Source: Candidatus Omnitrophota bacterium (lineage in GTDB: Bacteria; Omnitrophota; Gorgyraeia; 2-01-FULL-45-10). Taken from it: a stretch of DNA of 64,000 nt. The stretch spans positions 512-64,511 of the forward strand of contig PLNN01000017.1 of assembly GCA_003142795.1 (NCBI GenBank). Reading direction: 5' to 3'. Both the position numbers and the translations under genes were made by a program. Position 1 is the stretch's first letter; each line of letters starts with the position of its first letter. The notes below the pieces were generated by a model. It had not been told where the DNA came from, did no database searches, and saw only the letters and a list, made by a program, of their open reading frames with translations. Shown here piece after piece: positions 19,730-28,188 of the stretch.

Positions 19730-21135
19730 TGGATGGACTCCCTTTCGATCTCAGCGACAGACTCCTCGAGCGCCGTTATGCCGTCGAAGAGCGCAGCGTC
19801 CGGAATGGTTAGGGGGGGGCCGATCTTTATGGATTCTCTGCCCGTATGCACTAACAACAAGCCCTTCTGCATAGCCCTTTCGCATACCATACTTGGAAAG
19901 ATGCAGTCCGGAGATCCGGTTTTCGGATCTTTAAACAACATGGCCGCCAGGAGTCCCTTCCCAAAAACATATGACACTCTATGCGGATATTTTTCTTTTA
20001 TCCTGTTCAGCTCTCTATGCAATATAATCCCTTTTCGCGCGGATTCTTTTACAAGATCCTTCGATTCGATAACCTGCAGGTTTGCAAACGCGGCAGCACA
20101 GCAAAGGGGATTCGCAGAATGAGTACTGCTCATAGAACCCATATCCGGCAGATCCATTATATTCCTGCGCCCTATTATAGCGGACAGCGGTAGCGAACCG
20201 CTTATGCCCTTACCAAGGCATACGAGATCGGGCTCCACCCCGTAATGCTGATACGCGAATAATTTACCGGTCCTGCCAAATCCGCCCTGAATATCATCGA
20301 ACGTAATGAGACAATCGTGCTCTTTCGCGAATACCGCGAGCATTTTTACGTAAGGTACCGGAAAGAATAATGCTCCCCAGCCCATATAAGATTCCAAAAT
20401 AAAACCGGCTATTTTCCTGAAATCGAGGCCCTTTTTCTTTAATGACACCATGTCATCGGCAAAGCGCTTTTCCCATACACCTCTACTTATTCTGCCATTG
20501 GAGCCTGATCCGATAAGCCAGGGATAAGGGAATGGCATATTGAAAATATTCGGGTCTCTATAGCCGATCCACGCGGAAGAATCGGTATCACCTTTAAGCA
20601 TTTCGGCGGCCATGGTTCGGCCATGCATGGACCCTTTGAAAGATATAACCGCGACTTTCGATTTATTGATAGTTTGACCGCGCATTCTCATGAGCTTGAC
20701 GGCACATTCCGTAGCCTCTGTCCCTGCAGACAATAGGAATGCTTTATTAAGATGCTTTGGTGCGATCTCTACCAATTTTTGCAGGAACCTTGCGCGAGGC
20801 TTATTGGCAAATGTGTAAGTATGGAGCAATTCTTTATCCAGCTGCTTACGAAGCGCGGATATGATATCCTCGTTTGCGTGGCCTGTATTGGTAACAAATA
20901 TCGTTGATGTAAAATCTATCCAGCAATTCCCATAAGGATCATAGACTTGAAAATCCTTTGCCCTGTCCCAGACCACGGGCAATTGGCCATGCATCGATCT
21001 TGACTCGTATTTTCCAAGTTTGTCGAATATCCTGGAAGACCCCGGAGGAGGGATCCTTGTCCTTATTTTTCTATATTTGGAATCGATCAACGGGACTCTT
21101 TTCGGTTCCTGACAAAATTTGAATCCTGACATCAC
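19726..21135 (-). CDS. Class III PLP-dependent aminotransferase (omega-aminotransferase)
   Basis: GTEATE, SMHGRT, FDDIQGGFGRTG, LGKGISG (PLP Lys), STHSANP. Confidence 0.92.
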   Translation of the reverse strand: MMSGFKFCQEPKRVPLIDSKYRKIRTRIPPPGSSRIFDKLGKYESRSMHGQLPVVWDRAKDFQVYDPYGNCWIDFTSTIFVTNTGHANEDIISALRKQLDKELLHTYTFANKPRARFLQKLVEIAPKHLNKAFLLSAGTEATECAVKLMRMRGQTINKSKVAVISFKGSMHGRTMAAEMLKGDTDSSAWIGYRDPNIFNMPFPYPWLIGSGSNGRISRGVWEKRFADDMVSLKKKGLDFRKIAGFILESYMGWGALFFPVPYVKMLAVFAKEHDCLITFDDIQGGFGRTGKLFAYQHYGVEPDLVCLGKGISGSLPLSAIIGRRNIMDLPDMGSMSSTHSANPLCCAAAFANLQVIESKDLVKESARKGIILHRELNRIKEKYPHRVSYVFGKGLLAAMLFKDPKTGSPDCIFPSMVCERAMQKGLLLVHTGRESIKIGPPLTIPDAALFDGITALEESVAEIERESIQ

Positions 21136-21890
21136 TATCTCCCTTTTACTGAACCGGCCATTAGTTCTTTGTAAAGACTGCCGGGCGACCTGCCTATCTG
21201 ATACTCCAGATAGTTAAAATCTTCAATCGTATCCACTTCGGCCACTCTTGGCGTAACAAATCCGAGTATACGCGGGCCATGAAGTCTATTATTTTTTTTC
21301 ACATAATCCGTTCTTATTATATCCACATAACCGTTCGGATGATAGGCTGTGGCAAAAGCCTGCCTCGGAAGGTTATAATATTCAGGGCGTGGGTCATCAG
21401 GAAAGATCCCGGTCAGGTACCCCTGGCTATTTATCCGGAACATCTTTTCCGGAGCTTCAGGCAATTCATGGACCGATCTCAGCGATGTTGCCTCGCCTGA
21501 ATTAAGAATAGCGCTTATGGCATTTTCCATGACCGTGGACTCGCGAAGAGGCGTCGTGGGCCTGATATGTACCAGTAATTCCGGAGAACGCCCTTCGTGC
21601 TCGACAAACCAATTGATCGCATGCAATACAAACTCTATATCCCCCGACAAGTCCCCTGCGAGTTCTTTCGGCCGCATGAAAGGTACCTCGGCGCCGTAAG
21701 TCTTGGAGATCTGCGCTATCTCTTCGGAATCCGTAGATACTACCGTCCTATCTATCTTGCCGCAGATACGGCATGCAATTATTGAATATGCGATGAGCGG
21801 ATGCCCGCCAAGAGTTTTTATATTCTTTCCCAGAACACCTTTTGAGCCGCCTCGCGCCGGTATTATAGCCACGATATTTTGCTTAGACAC
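21135..21890 (-). CDS. Acylneuraminate cytidylyltransferase (NeuA family)
   Basis: IPARGGSKGVLGKN, STDS, RPKELA, RPTTPLR, EVDT. Confidence 0.92.
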   Translation of the reverse strand: MSKQNIVAIIPARGGSKGVLGKNIKTLGGHPLIAYSIIACRICGKIDRTVVSTDSEEIAQISKTYGAEVPFMRPKELAGDLSGDIEFVLHAINWFVEHEGRSPELLVHIRPTTPLRESTVMENAISAILNSGEATSLRSVHELPEAPEKMFRINSQGYLTGIFPDDPRPEYYNLPRQAFATAYHPNGYVDIIRTDYVKKNNRLHGPRILGFVTPRVAEVDTIEDFNYLEYQIGRSPGSLYKELMAGSVKGR

Positions 21891-21905
21891 GTCTTCTCCT
21901 TATTA

Positions 21906-22703
21906 TCAGGGTGAGGTCGGCACTCCCCAGAAATGGCAGTATGAACAGAGAGGGACCATATCCCTTTTACCCTGCTTGTGGTATTCAAGCCACTCCAGGC
22001 GCTTATCGCCGTTCCATATGTCCTCTAGAGACTGCTCATGCAGGTTCCCGATGACGCCCAGCTTCTTCGGGTCAAAACGCACGCATATGGACACATTGCC
22101 TTCCCGGCTTATACACAAATGCCCCAGGAGATCCCAGCATATCCCAACCTCCGGTATAGTAGGGCTTCTCTTGCTATAAGCGAAACTGCCCATCTTGGCA
22201 TGGAGCACGCGCTTTATTATCAGGGCTCCGAGTTTTTCATACTTAGATGGATCCACATCTCCTATTAATCGCAGGCTTGTAAAAGGCTTTTTGTCACCCT
22301 TGATACTTAAAAATTCTTTTATGACCTCAAACTGCTCGGGAGCTTCTTCATCATTTTCAAACACAGAGATTGATATCGTATCAAGGTTGTCAATGATCTC
22401 ATCCGCTTTTTCCACTATTAATTTACCGTTCGTGACGATATTCTTTATCTGATCTTTAAACAAGCTTACGGCTTCACCAAAACGCGGATATAACAAAGCC
22501 TCGCCGTCCTTGTGAAACTGCACGATTATGTTGGGAGGTAATTGACCTGATATCTTGCGAACAAGCTCAAAATCCATATCGCCATAATCCATGGCGAGCT
22601 CGGGATAATCCTTATCCACCTTGCGCCGGCCGCACATCCAGCATTTCTTGTTGCACCTGGAGGTCAGTTCTACATTAACGCACCCCAACCCGTAAAGTTT
22701 CAT
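21906..22703 (-). CDS. Compact radical SAM/Twitch protein (BtrN-like architecture)
   Basis: CNKKCWMC, DGEALL, TNG; shortened core; C-x17-C-x45-CxxC auxiliary cluster motif; 265 aa. Confidence 0.85.
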   Translation of the reverse strand: MKLYGLGCVNVELTSRCNKKCWMCGRRKVDKDYPELAMDYGDMDFELVRKISGQLPPNIIVQFHKDGEALLYPRFGEAVSLFKDQIKNIVTNGKLIVEKADEIIDNLDTISISVFENDEEAPEQFEVIKEFLSIKGDKKPFTSLRLIGDVDPSKYEKLGALIIKRVLHAKMGSFAYSKRSPTIPEVGICWDLLGHLCISREGNVSICVRFDPKKLGVIGNLHEQSLEDIWNGDKRLEWLEYHKQGKRDMVPLCSYCHFWGVPTSP

Positions 22704-23584
22704 GCGACTTTAGCTCCTACCCTTCTAAGCTTCTTCATGATAGGGATCTCGCTATCGTATATCTTGATCTGCCCATCACCCTTAGCGGCTTCCCAATTCC
22801 TTATGTCAGCAACTAATCTGTTCAAGCCTTGTGGTTCAACTGACGCAGCCTGATCGCTGCCCCACATGGATCTGTCCAACGTTATATGGCGTTCCACAAT
22901 GCAAGCGCCCAGAACAACAGCCGCATATGTAGTATAAAGACCTACTTCATGACCGGAATACCCTATAGGAATGTCGTACCTCTCCATGAGCGTCTCTATA
23001 CCCTTCAGATTAAGCTCTTCGGTCTTAGATGGGTATGTGCTCGTGCAATGCATGATGATAAGGTTGTCAATCCCTACAACCCCCACTGCGTGATCGATTA
23101 TATTCATATCACTCATGCCGGTAGAAATGATAATAGGCTTCTTCTGCTTTCTGCAATATCTCAACAGGTTATCGTCCGTGATAGACGGTGAGGCGATCTT
23201 ATAGCACGGTGGGTCAAATTGCTTGATAAAATCCAGCGACTTTTCGTCCCAACATGACACAAACCAGGTAATTCCTTTTGATTTACAATAAGCGTCAATC
23301 TCTTTATATTCTTTTAATCCGAATTCCAATCCACGCTTCAAGTCACCATTCGTTGGTCCGAAAGGGTTTTCCCGCGGCTTTGCAAGCTCTTCAGCCGTAT
23401 AGACTACATCGACCGTCCGCTTCTGGAACTTAACGGCATCGCACCCGAATTTTACGGCAACATCGATCAGCTGCTTAGCCATGTCCAATGACCCATTATG
23501 ATTTATCCCTATCTCCGCTACAATATAACAAGGAAAATCATTACCTATTACGCTATTCCCGATCTTTACCGTCTTCCTGGACAT
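22700..23584 (-). CDS. Short NeuB-family ulosonate synthase lacking the SAF domain
   Basis: AEIGINHNG, KFQKR, KIAS, HCTSTYP, GYSGHE, ERHITLDRSMWGSDQ; 294 aa, ends before any SAF domain. Confidence 0.9.
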   Translation of the reverse strand: MSRKTVKIGNSVIGNDFPCYIVAEIGINHNGSLDMAKQLIDVAVKFGCDAVKFQKRTVDVVYTAEELAKPRENPFGPTNGDLKRGLEFGLKEYKEIDAYCKSKGITWFVSCWDEKSLDFIKQFDPPCYKIASPSITDDNLLRYCRKQKKPIIISTGMSDMNIIDHAVGVVGIDNLIIMHCTSTYPSKTEELNLKGIETLMERYDIPIGYSGHEVGLYTTYAAVVLGACIVERHITLDRSMWGSDQAASVEPQGLNRLVADIRNWEAAKGDGQIKIYDSEIPIMKKLRRVGAKVA

Positions 23585-23630
23585 GAGATCCTCCCATTTT
23601 TAACTTCTCAATTTCGACCAAAATATAACA

Positions 23631-24125
23631 TTAAAATAATTTCTCCGCCAGGCTCAACGCCTTCGATGCCAGGCTATTCATGTCTTCTATCTTTTTCAAT
23701 TTTTCATGATACGCTTTTACTATCTTTTTATCTTCCTCCGTCATATCGCCTTCTGACGAATGGATCAACTCTTTAAACTCTTCTATCATATCCGATACCT
23801 GCCCGATCCTTTTATGGATCCCGGCCTTAAGCTTATTCGCAGCTACTTTCCTGATGTCCGGATCAGCTTCATAATAATCTTTTCGGGAACCCTTTACCCA
23901 TACATTCTTGACGGCTCCCCATTTCTCTAATTCACGTATATTAAGGCTTATATTGCCTTTACTTGCACGAAGACGCTCTACAAGTTCATCCAGCGATAAT
24001 GGCTTATCACTCAGATAGAGCACAGCATATAACTGAGCTATAAATTGATTGAGGCCAAAGCTTCCAGCTAATTCACCGATACTCGCTATGAACTTATCCT
24101 GAGCCATCTCCAGCTTGTTATGCAT
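23631..24125 (-). CDS. GbsR/MarR-type winged-helix transcriptional regulator
   Basis: FG...AQLYAVLYLSDKPLSLDELVERLRASKGNISLNIRELEKWGAV...GSRKDYY pattern typical of GbsR-like proteins. Confidence 0.85.
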   Translation of the reverse strand: MHNKLEMAQDKFIASIGELAGSFGLNQFIAQLYAVLYLSDKPLSLDELVERLRASKGNISLNIRELEKWGAVKNVWVKGSRKDYYEADPDIRKVAANKLKAGIHKRIGQVSDMIEEFKELIHSSEGDMTEEDKKIVKAYHEKLKKIEDMNSLASKALSLAEKLF

Positions 24126-24139
24126 AAATAATCCTTTTC

Positions 24140-24165
24140 TATCGTTTAAAACGTTCTAAACGATA
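24140..24165. promoter_or_regulatory. 26-bp palindromic operator, probable autoregulatory site
   Basis: TATCGTTTAAAACGTTCTAAACGATA is self-complementary except for one pair; it overlaps the -10/+1 of the regulator promoter. Confidence 0.75.
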
Positions 24166-24191
24166 ATACTCCTCATTAATTAAACTGTCAA
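24163..24191 (-). promoter_or_regulatory. Sigma70-type promoter for the regulator/NeuB operon
   Basis: Minus strand TTGACA-N17-TATTAT. Confidence 0.8.
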
Positions 24192-24222
24192 TCAAAAAAT
24201 GCTCATAAATTATCCGAACTTT

Positions 24223-24987
24223 CTATAAAGAACTGCCATCATCTTTTTCCAATTTGAACGCCCGTTTCGTCTCATAGACAATACGGTGTAGCGGCATCTG
24301 TTTTTCGGCCCGCAAAGTCTGCGGCCGGGAGACCGGTCCCATATTATTAAAAAATTCTTTATACGGCACTCCGTCTATATATATATGATCGATGTCATCT
24401 CCTTTGACTAAAGATGGTTTTTTTAATATATCCTCTACGCTTGCTATCTCGCCATTGTCGGCTATGAAATACCTGGCCCGGTAGGCATCAAAGACACGCC
24501 ACTTACCATTAAGCAACACAAACGATATGGGATAAGTAGTTTTATGTTCCCTATCCCTGATTTTTCTCCAAAAGGCCGGTATCCCGGCATAAGTACAAAG
24601 CGTTGTAAAAACATCTTGAAACTGTTCGGGTACTCCATAACCCCTGACAATGATATAAAGAATATGGTCGTCCATTACAGGCATACCAGGAGGAACATCT
24701 TTTATATTCTGGTGAGTCCATCTCAATAGCGCTAATACTTCCTTCCCGTTATCGTCGTATCCGGCCGTGATCTCTTTTGCCATTCTGCCATATTCATAGT
24801 GTCGCGCTAAAAACTCGGTCCATTTGATATAAAGCGGCATTTTGATCTGCCGGCATTGCCAATCCTTCCCTACCGTTATAGATGTATTTAAATTTAGCAC
24901 TGCTCCAATTATCGTAATGGACAATAAAGATATAAAAATGAACTTAAGTTTCTTTATCTTCACAATGTTTTCTTTCGTTTTTATCAT
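24223..24987 (-). CDS. Membrane-anchored transglutaminase-like domain protein, catalytic residues apparently degenerate
   Basis: N-terminal TM helix; LLRWTHQNI, GYGVPEQF...AGIPA and NGKWRVFDA resemble the TGase-like core, but Pro sits at the usual Cys position. Confidence 0.6.
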   Translation of the reverse strand: MIKTKENIVKIKKLKFIFISLLSITIIGAVLNLNTSITVGKDWQCRQIKMPLYIKWTEFLARHYEYGRMAKEITAGYDDNGKEVLALLRWTHQNIKDVPPGMPVMDDHILYIIVRGYGVPEQFQDVFTTLCTYAGIPAFWRKIRDREHKTTYPISFVLLNGKWRVFDAYRARYFIADNGEIASVEDILKKPSLVKGDDIDHIYIDGVPYKEFFNNMGPVSRPQTLRAEKQMPLHRIVYETKRAFKLEKDDGSSL

Positions 24988-26069
24988 TGTTCATTACGGA
25001 TCTGCCGGAGTATCTCCAAATACTTTGGTGCATTCACCTTAACTGAATAATTTTCCTCAACCGTCTTTCTGGCCGCCAGCCCTATCTTCGCCCTGAGATC
25101 CCGGTTATTGATCAGTAACGATAATTTCTCGATCCACTCTTCATCGGTTCTGGCAAGATAACCATTAATGCCTTCCTTCACTATTTCTTTATTCGTGCCA
25201 AGGCTTGAAACAACACATGGTATTCCTACGCTCATATATTGAATGGTCTTAAAACCCGTTTTACCTAATATCCATTCGTTGTCAGGCAAAGGATAAACGC
25301 CTATATCAAGCGATTGAAACTCGCCTATCTCGTCTTCCAGACGCCAATCTTTATATATGACATTAATGCCGGTTATATCTATGACCTTTGTCGAAGCGCC
25401 GATGATCTTCAGCTCAAATTTATGCTCTAAACTAAGACGATTGAACACGTCTTTTAATTGAGCAAGATATGGCGTAGTGCTGTGGCTGCCTATCCAGCCG
25501 ATAGTTACATTTTTCTTCACGTCACCATCGGTGTGTTTAGGGAAAAACCTCTCTGTGTCTACGGATGTGTGTATCGGGGTAACATTCGCGTTAAACCGTC
25601 TTGCATAATCAGCCAGGTATTTGTTACAAGTTATTATATGATCACTCATTTTTATTATCTTTTCGATCTTGGATGGCATTTTCAGGAATTTTATGAATTG
25701 ATTGGCCGAACTGGTCTTCCCCAGATAGATCGCGTCATCCAGGTCATATATGATCTTTTTCCCCAACCTCTTAAATATCCATTCAAAAACCGCCGGGCCG
25801 AAAGGATATGTTTCCAGATGAATAAAAATTATATCGCACCTTAGCGCGGTGAATATATCAAAGAGTCTCTTAATGCTGCTATTGAGAAAAAATATTGCCT
25901 TCTTAAGATAGAGCCCTTTCTTGTAGATTATTTTATAAAATCCTGAGGAGATAAAAGGCCTCACTATGCATTCCACTCCGCTCCTCTCTAAATAAGGTAT
26001 ATATTGCTCGATCCTATAGCGGCTGCTCGGGCCTTCTGTCGGATATGGTTCGATGAATAACACTCTCAT
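24984..26069 (-). CDS. Glycosyltransferase family 4
   Basis: SSRYRI, YDLDDA, GWIGS, KTIQYMSVGIPCV; start set at ATG 26069. Confidence 0.88.
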   Translation of the reverse strand: MRVLFIEPYPTEGPSSRYRIEQYIPYLERSGVECIVRPFISSGFYKIIYKKGLYLKKAIFFLNSSIKRLFDIFTALRCDIIFIHLETYPFGPAVFEWIFKRLGKKIIYDLDDAIYLGKTSSANQFIKFLKMPSKIEKIIKMSDHIITCNKYLADYARRFNANVTPIHTSVDTERFFPKHTDGDVKKNVTIGWIGSHSTTPYLAQLKDVFNRLSLEHKFELKIIGASTKVIDITGINVIYKDWRLEDEIGEFQSLDIGVYPLPDNEWILGKTGFKTIQYMSVGIPCVVSSLGTNKEIVKEGINGYLARTDEEWIEKLSLLINNRDLRAKIGLAARKTVEENYSVKVNAPKYLEILRQIRNEQ

Positions 26070-26071
26070 GG

Positions 26072-26950
26072 TTACTCCAGGATCTTTCCAACGTATTTTT
26101 TCAACGAATCCTCCCACCGGGGCATATGATCCAACCCCAGAAGCTTCAGCTTATAATTCTCCAGGGCTTCCGAATCACCGCGCGGGGCCGGCAATGGGAA
26201 AGCATCTGAAGTAACGGGCTTGACCGTCACTCCTTTTTTCCCGATATATTCCACTATCTTCAACGCAATATCGAATCTAGTGCATACTCCCTGGTTTGCC
26301 ATATGGAATGTCCCATAATGGCCTGTCTTGATCACCCGCAACAAATTTGCAGAGAAATCTTCCGTAAAGGTCGGCGTTCCTTTCTTATCTATAACAGCGG
26401 ATATATCGTTCTTATCTTTCAGGATATTCACTATTTTGCCCACGAATTTTTTGTCCTTCTTGCCTCCGCCTATCATCCATCCCGCCCTGAAGATGAAATA
26501 GTTTGTAAGTGCTTTTTCTATCATCTGTTCCGCTTCTACTTTAGTTTTTCCGTAAAAATTTACCGGGTTAGGCTTATCGGTTTCTCTGAAAATATCTTTG
26601 CTCTTCCCGTCAAATACAGCGCCCGTACTTATAAATACAAGCGGTATGCCCAAGGCCTTGCAGGCTATGGCTATATTCGCCGTGGCTTCGGTATTGGTCA
26701 GAGACGCGTGCTTCCGGTCTATTTCGCATTTATCTACATCGGTTTCGGCAGCCAGATGTATTATTAACGATGGATTTACCTTCTTGATATAATCATTCAC
26801 CTTCTCTTTTTCACGCACATCTAAAGCATCTATTGACTTGCTATCGGGCGCCAAGTCAGTTGGATAGACCTGAAATCCGCCTTTTAATAAGGCCGGGCAC
26901 AGGTCGTTGCCAAGCATTCCGGATGCACCGGTAACCAATGTTCTCGTCAT
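26072..26950 (-). CDS. rfbD: dTDP-4-dehydrorhamnose reductase family SDR (second RmlD paralog)
   Basis: GASGMLG, HLAAETDVD, ISTGAVFDG, YGKTK, GTPT; start set at ATG 26950. Confidence 0.8.
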   Translation of the reverse strand: MTRTLVTGASGMLGNDLCPALLKGGFQVYPTDLAPDSKSIDALDVREKEKVNDYIKKVNPSLIIHLAAETDVDKCEIDRKHASLTNTEATANIAIACKALGIPLVFISTGAVFDGKSKDIFRETDKPNPVNFYGKTKVEAEQMIEKALTNYFIFRAGWMIGGGKKDKKFVGKIVNILKDKNDISAVIDKKGTPTFTEDFSANLLRVIKTGHYGTFHMANQGVCTRFDIALKIVEYIGKKGVTVKPVTSDAFPLPAPRGDSEALENYKLKLLGLDHMPRWEDSLKKYVGKILE

Positions 26951-28188
26951 TTTATTAATCCTCGATATATTTTGTAATATTTTTCTACCCCTTTTTCTAC
27001 GGAGAGATATCTCTCCGCCACATCCCTGCACCGCTTCCGCAAGACCTCGCCTTCCTGCTTTAGCGACAATAATCGACGCGCGGCTTCCTCGTAACTGGGA
27101 ACGGTAAAATCCTTGATCACGACGCCGACGTTATTATCCGTCACGATCTCAGCCGTATCCCCGATCCCGGCATTTATTACTACGGGAACTCCCGAAGCAA
27201 GGAATTCTCCCATTTTGATAGGAGATGATCCTATTTTTTCATGCGAATTTATAAAAAATATTCCCGAATCGGCAATCCTATAATATTTTGGCATTTCCTC
27301 AAAGCACGACCCCTCCAACACGCGTATGGCATCACCTGCTATCCCATGCTCACTGGCCTTCTTTAGCACAGATCCTGCGTTTTCAGGGGTCAATATGAAA
27401 AATATGGCATTGCTCATTTCGGAATAAACGGCCTCGAAGAAGTCGAGCATCTGATCCATAAGATAGAACGACCCTATCTTCCCGGGATACATAAATACGA
27501 ATTTACCCGCGAGCCCGAGACTCTTTTTAAAGCCGTCCTCATCTTTCGCGGCATAATTGAACTTTTCCAGATCGACGCAGCAAGGGATAGCTTCCATCGG
27601 GATATTCCTGCATGACAGAAATGGGATCTTTTTGTTATACTCAAGATGCTTGTTGGTAAGGACGGTTACGGCATCCGCTATCTTTAGAAGACTGTCCTCG
27701 GAATTTTTAGCCAGCCTGAAAGGTATGCTATTATAAGTCCATAGCCCGCCGCCTACATACTCCTCGGCCAGACGTCCCCTCATGTCAAATATCAACTTCA
27801 CCCTGAACATCTTGGATAGGAATATCATTATAGAGCCGGGCGTAACGCCTCTCACGTGGACCATCTTTACATTTCTGGTTATTATAAGATAAGAAGAATA
27901 AATCGCCCCCGCAAAGAGATCGAAAAGGGTCGACAGTATTTTCGGATTCTTATGATACCGCATATATTTCCACTCGATGCCCTTAGAAAAAAGATCGGAT
28001 CTCGTCTTAAGGATCTTAGCCTTACCGCTCTTGGCAAGATCGTTCTTTTTTTCGTACGTAAGCAGGACGAATTCAAATCCTCTTCCGTTTAGCCTCTCAA
28101 GATATGGTATGACCTGCGACCCCACGAGCGGCTCGAGAAGACCATTGTAAGACAAAAATAGCACTTTTACCTTATCTGCCTTTTCCAT
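26947..28188 (-). CDS. Glycosyltransferase family 4
   Basis: SQVIPYL, FDMRG, IPCCVD, SPIKMGEFLASGVPVV. Confidence 0.88.
   Translation of the reverse strand: MEKADKVKVLFLSYNGLLEPLVGSQVIPYLERLNGRGFEFVLLTYEKKNDLAKSGKAKILKTRSDLFSKGIEWKYMRYHKNPKILSTLFDLFAGAIYSSYLIITRNVKMVHVRGVTPGSIMIFLSKMFRVKLIFDMRGRLAEEYVGGGLWTYNSIPFRLAKNSEDSLLKIADAVTVLTNKHLEYNKKIPFLSCRNIPMEAIPCCVDLEKFNYAAKDEDGFKKSLGLAGKFVFMYPGKIGSFYLMDQMLDFFEAVYSEMSNAIFFILTPENAGSVLKKASEHGIAGDAIRVLEGSCFEEMPKYYRIADSGIFFINSHEKIGSSPIKMGEFLASGVPVVINAGIGDTAEIVTDNNVGVVIKDFTVPSYEEAARRLLSLKQEGEVLRKRCRDVAERYLSVEKGVEKYYKIYRGLIK

Noticed and set aside
23-22703. RiPP system suggested by several SPASM radical SAM enzymes plus an ABC exporter
   Set aside because: No precursor peptide, PqqD/RRE or peptidase domain. 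The auxiliary motifs are single-cluster Twitch type and the context is nucleotide-sugar enzymes.
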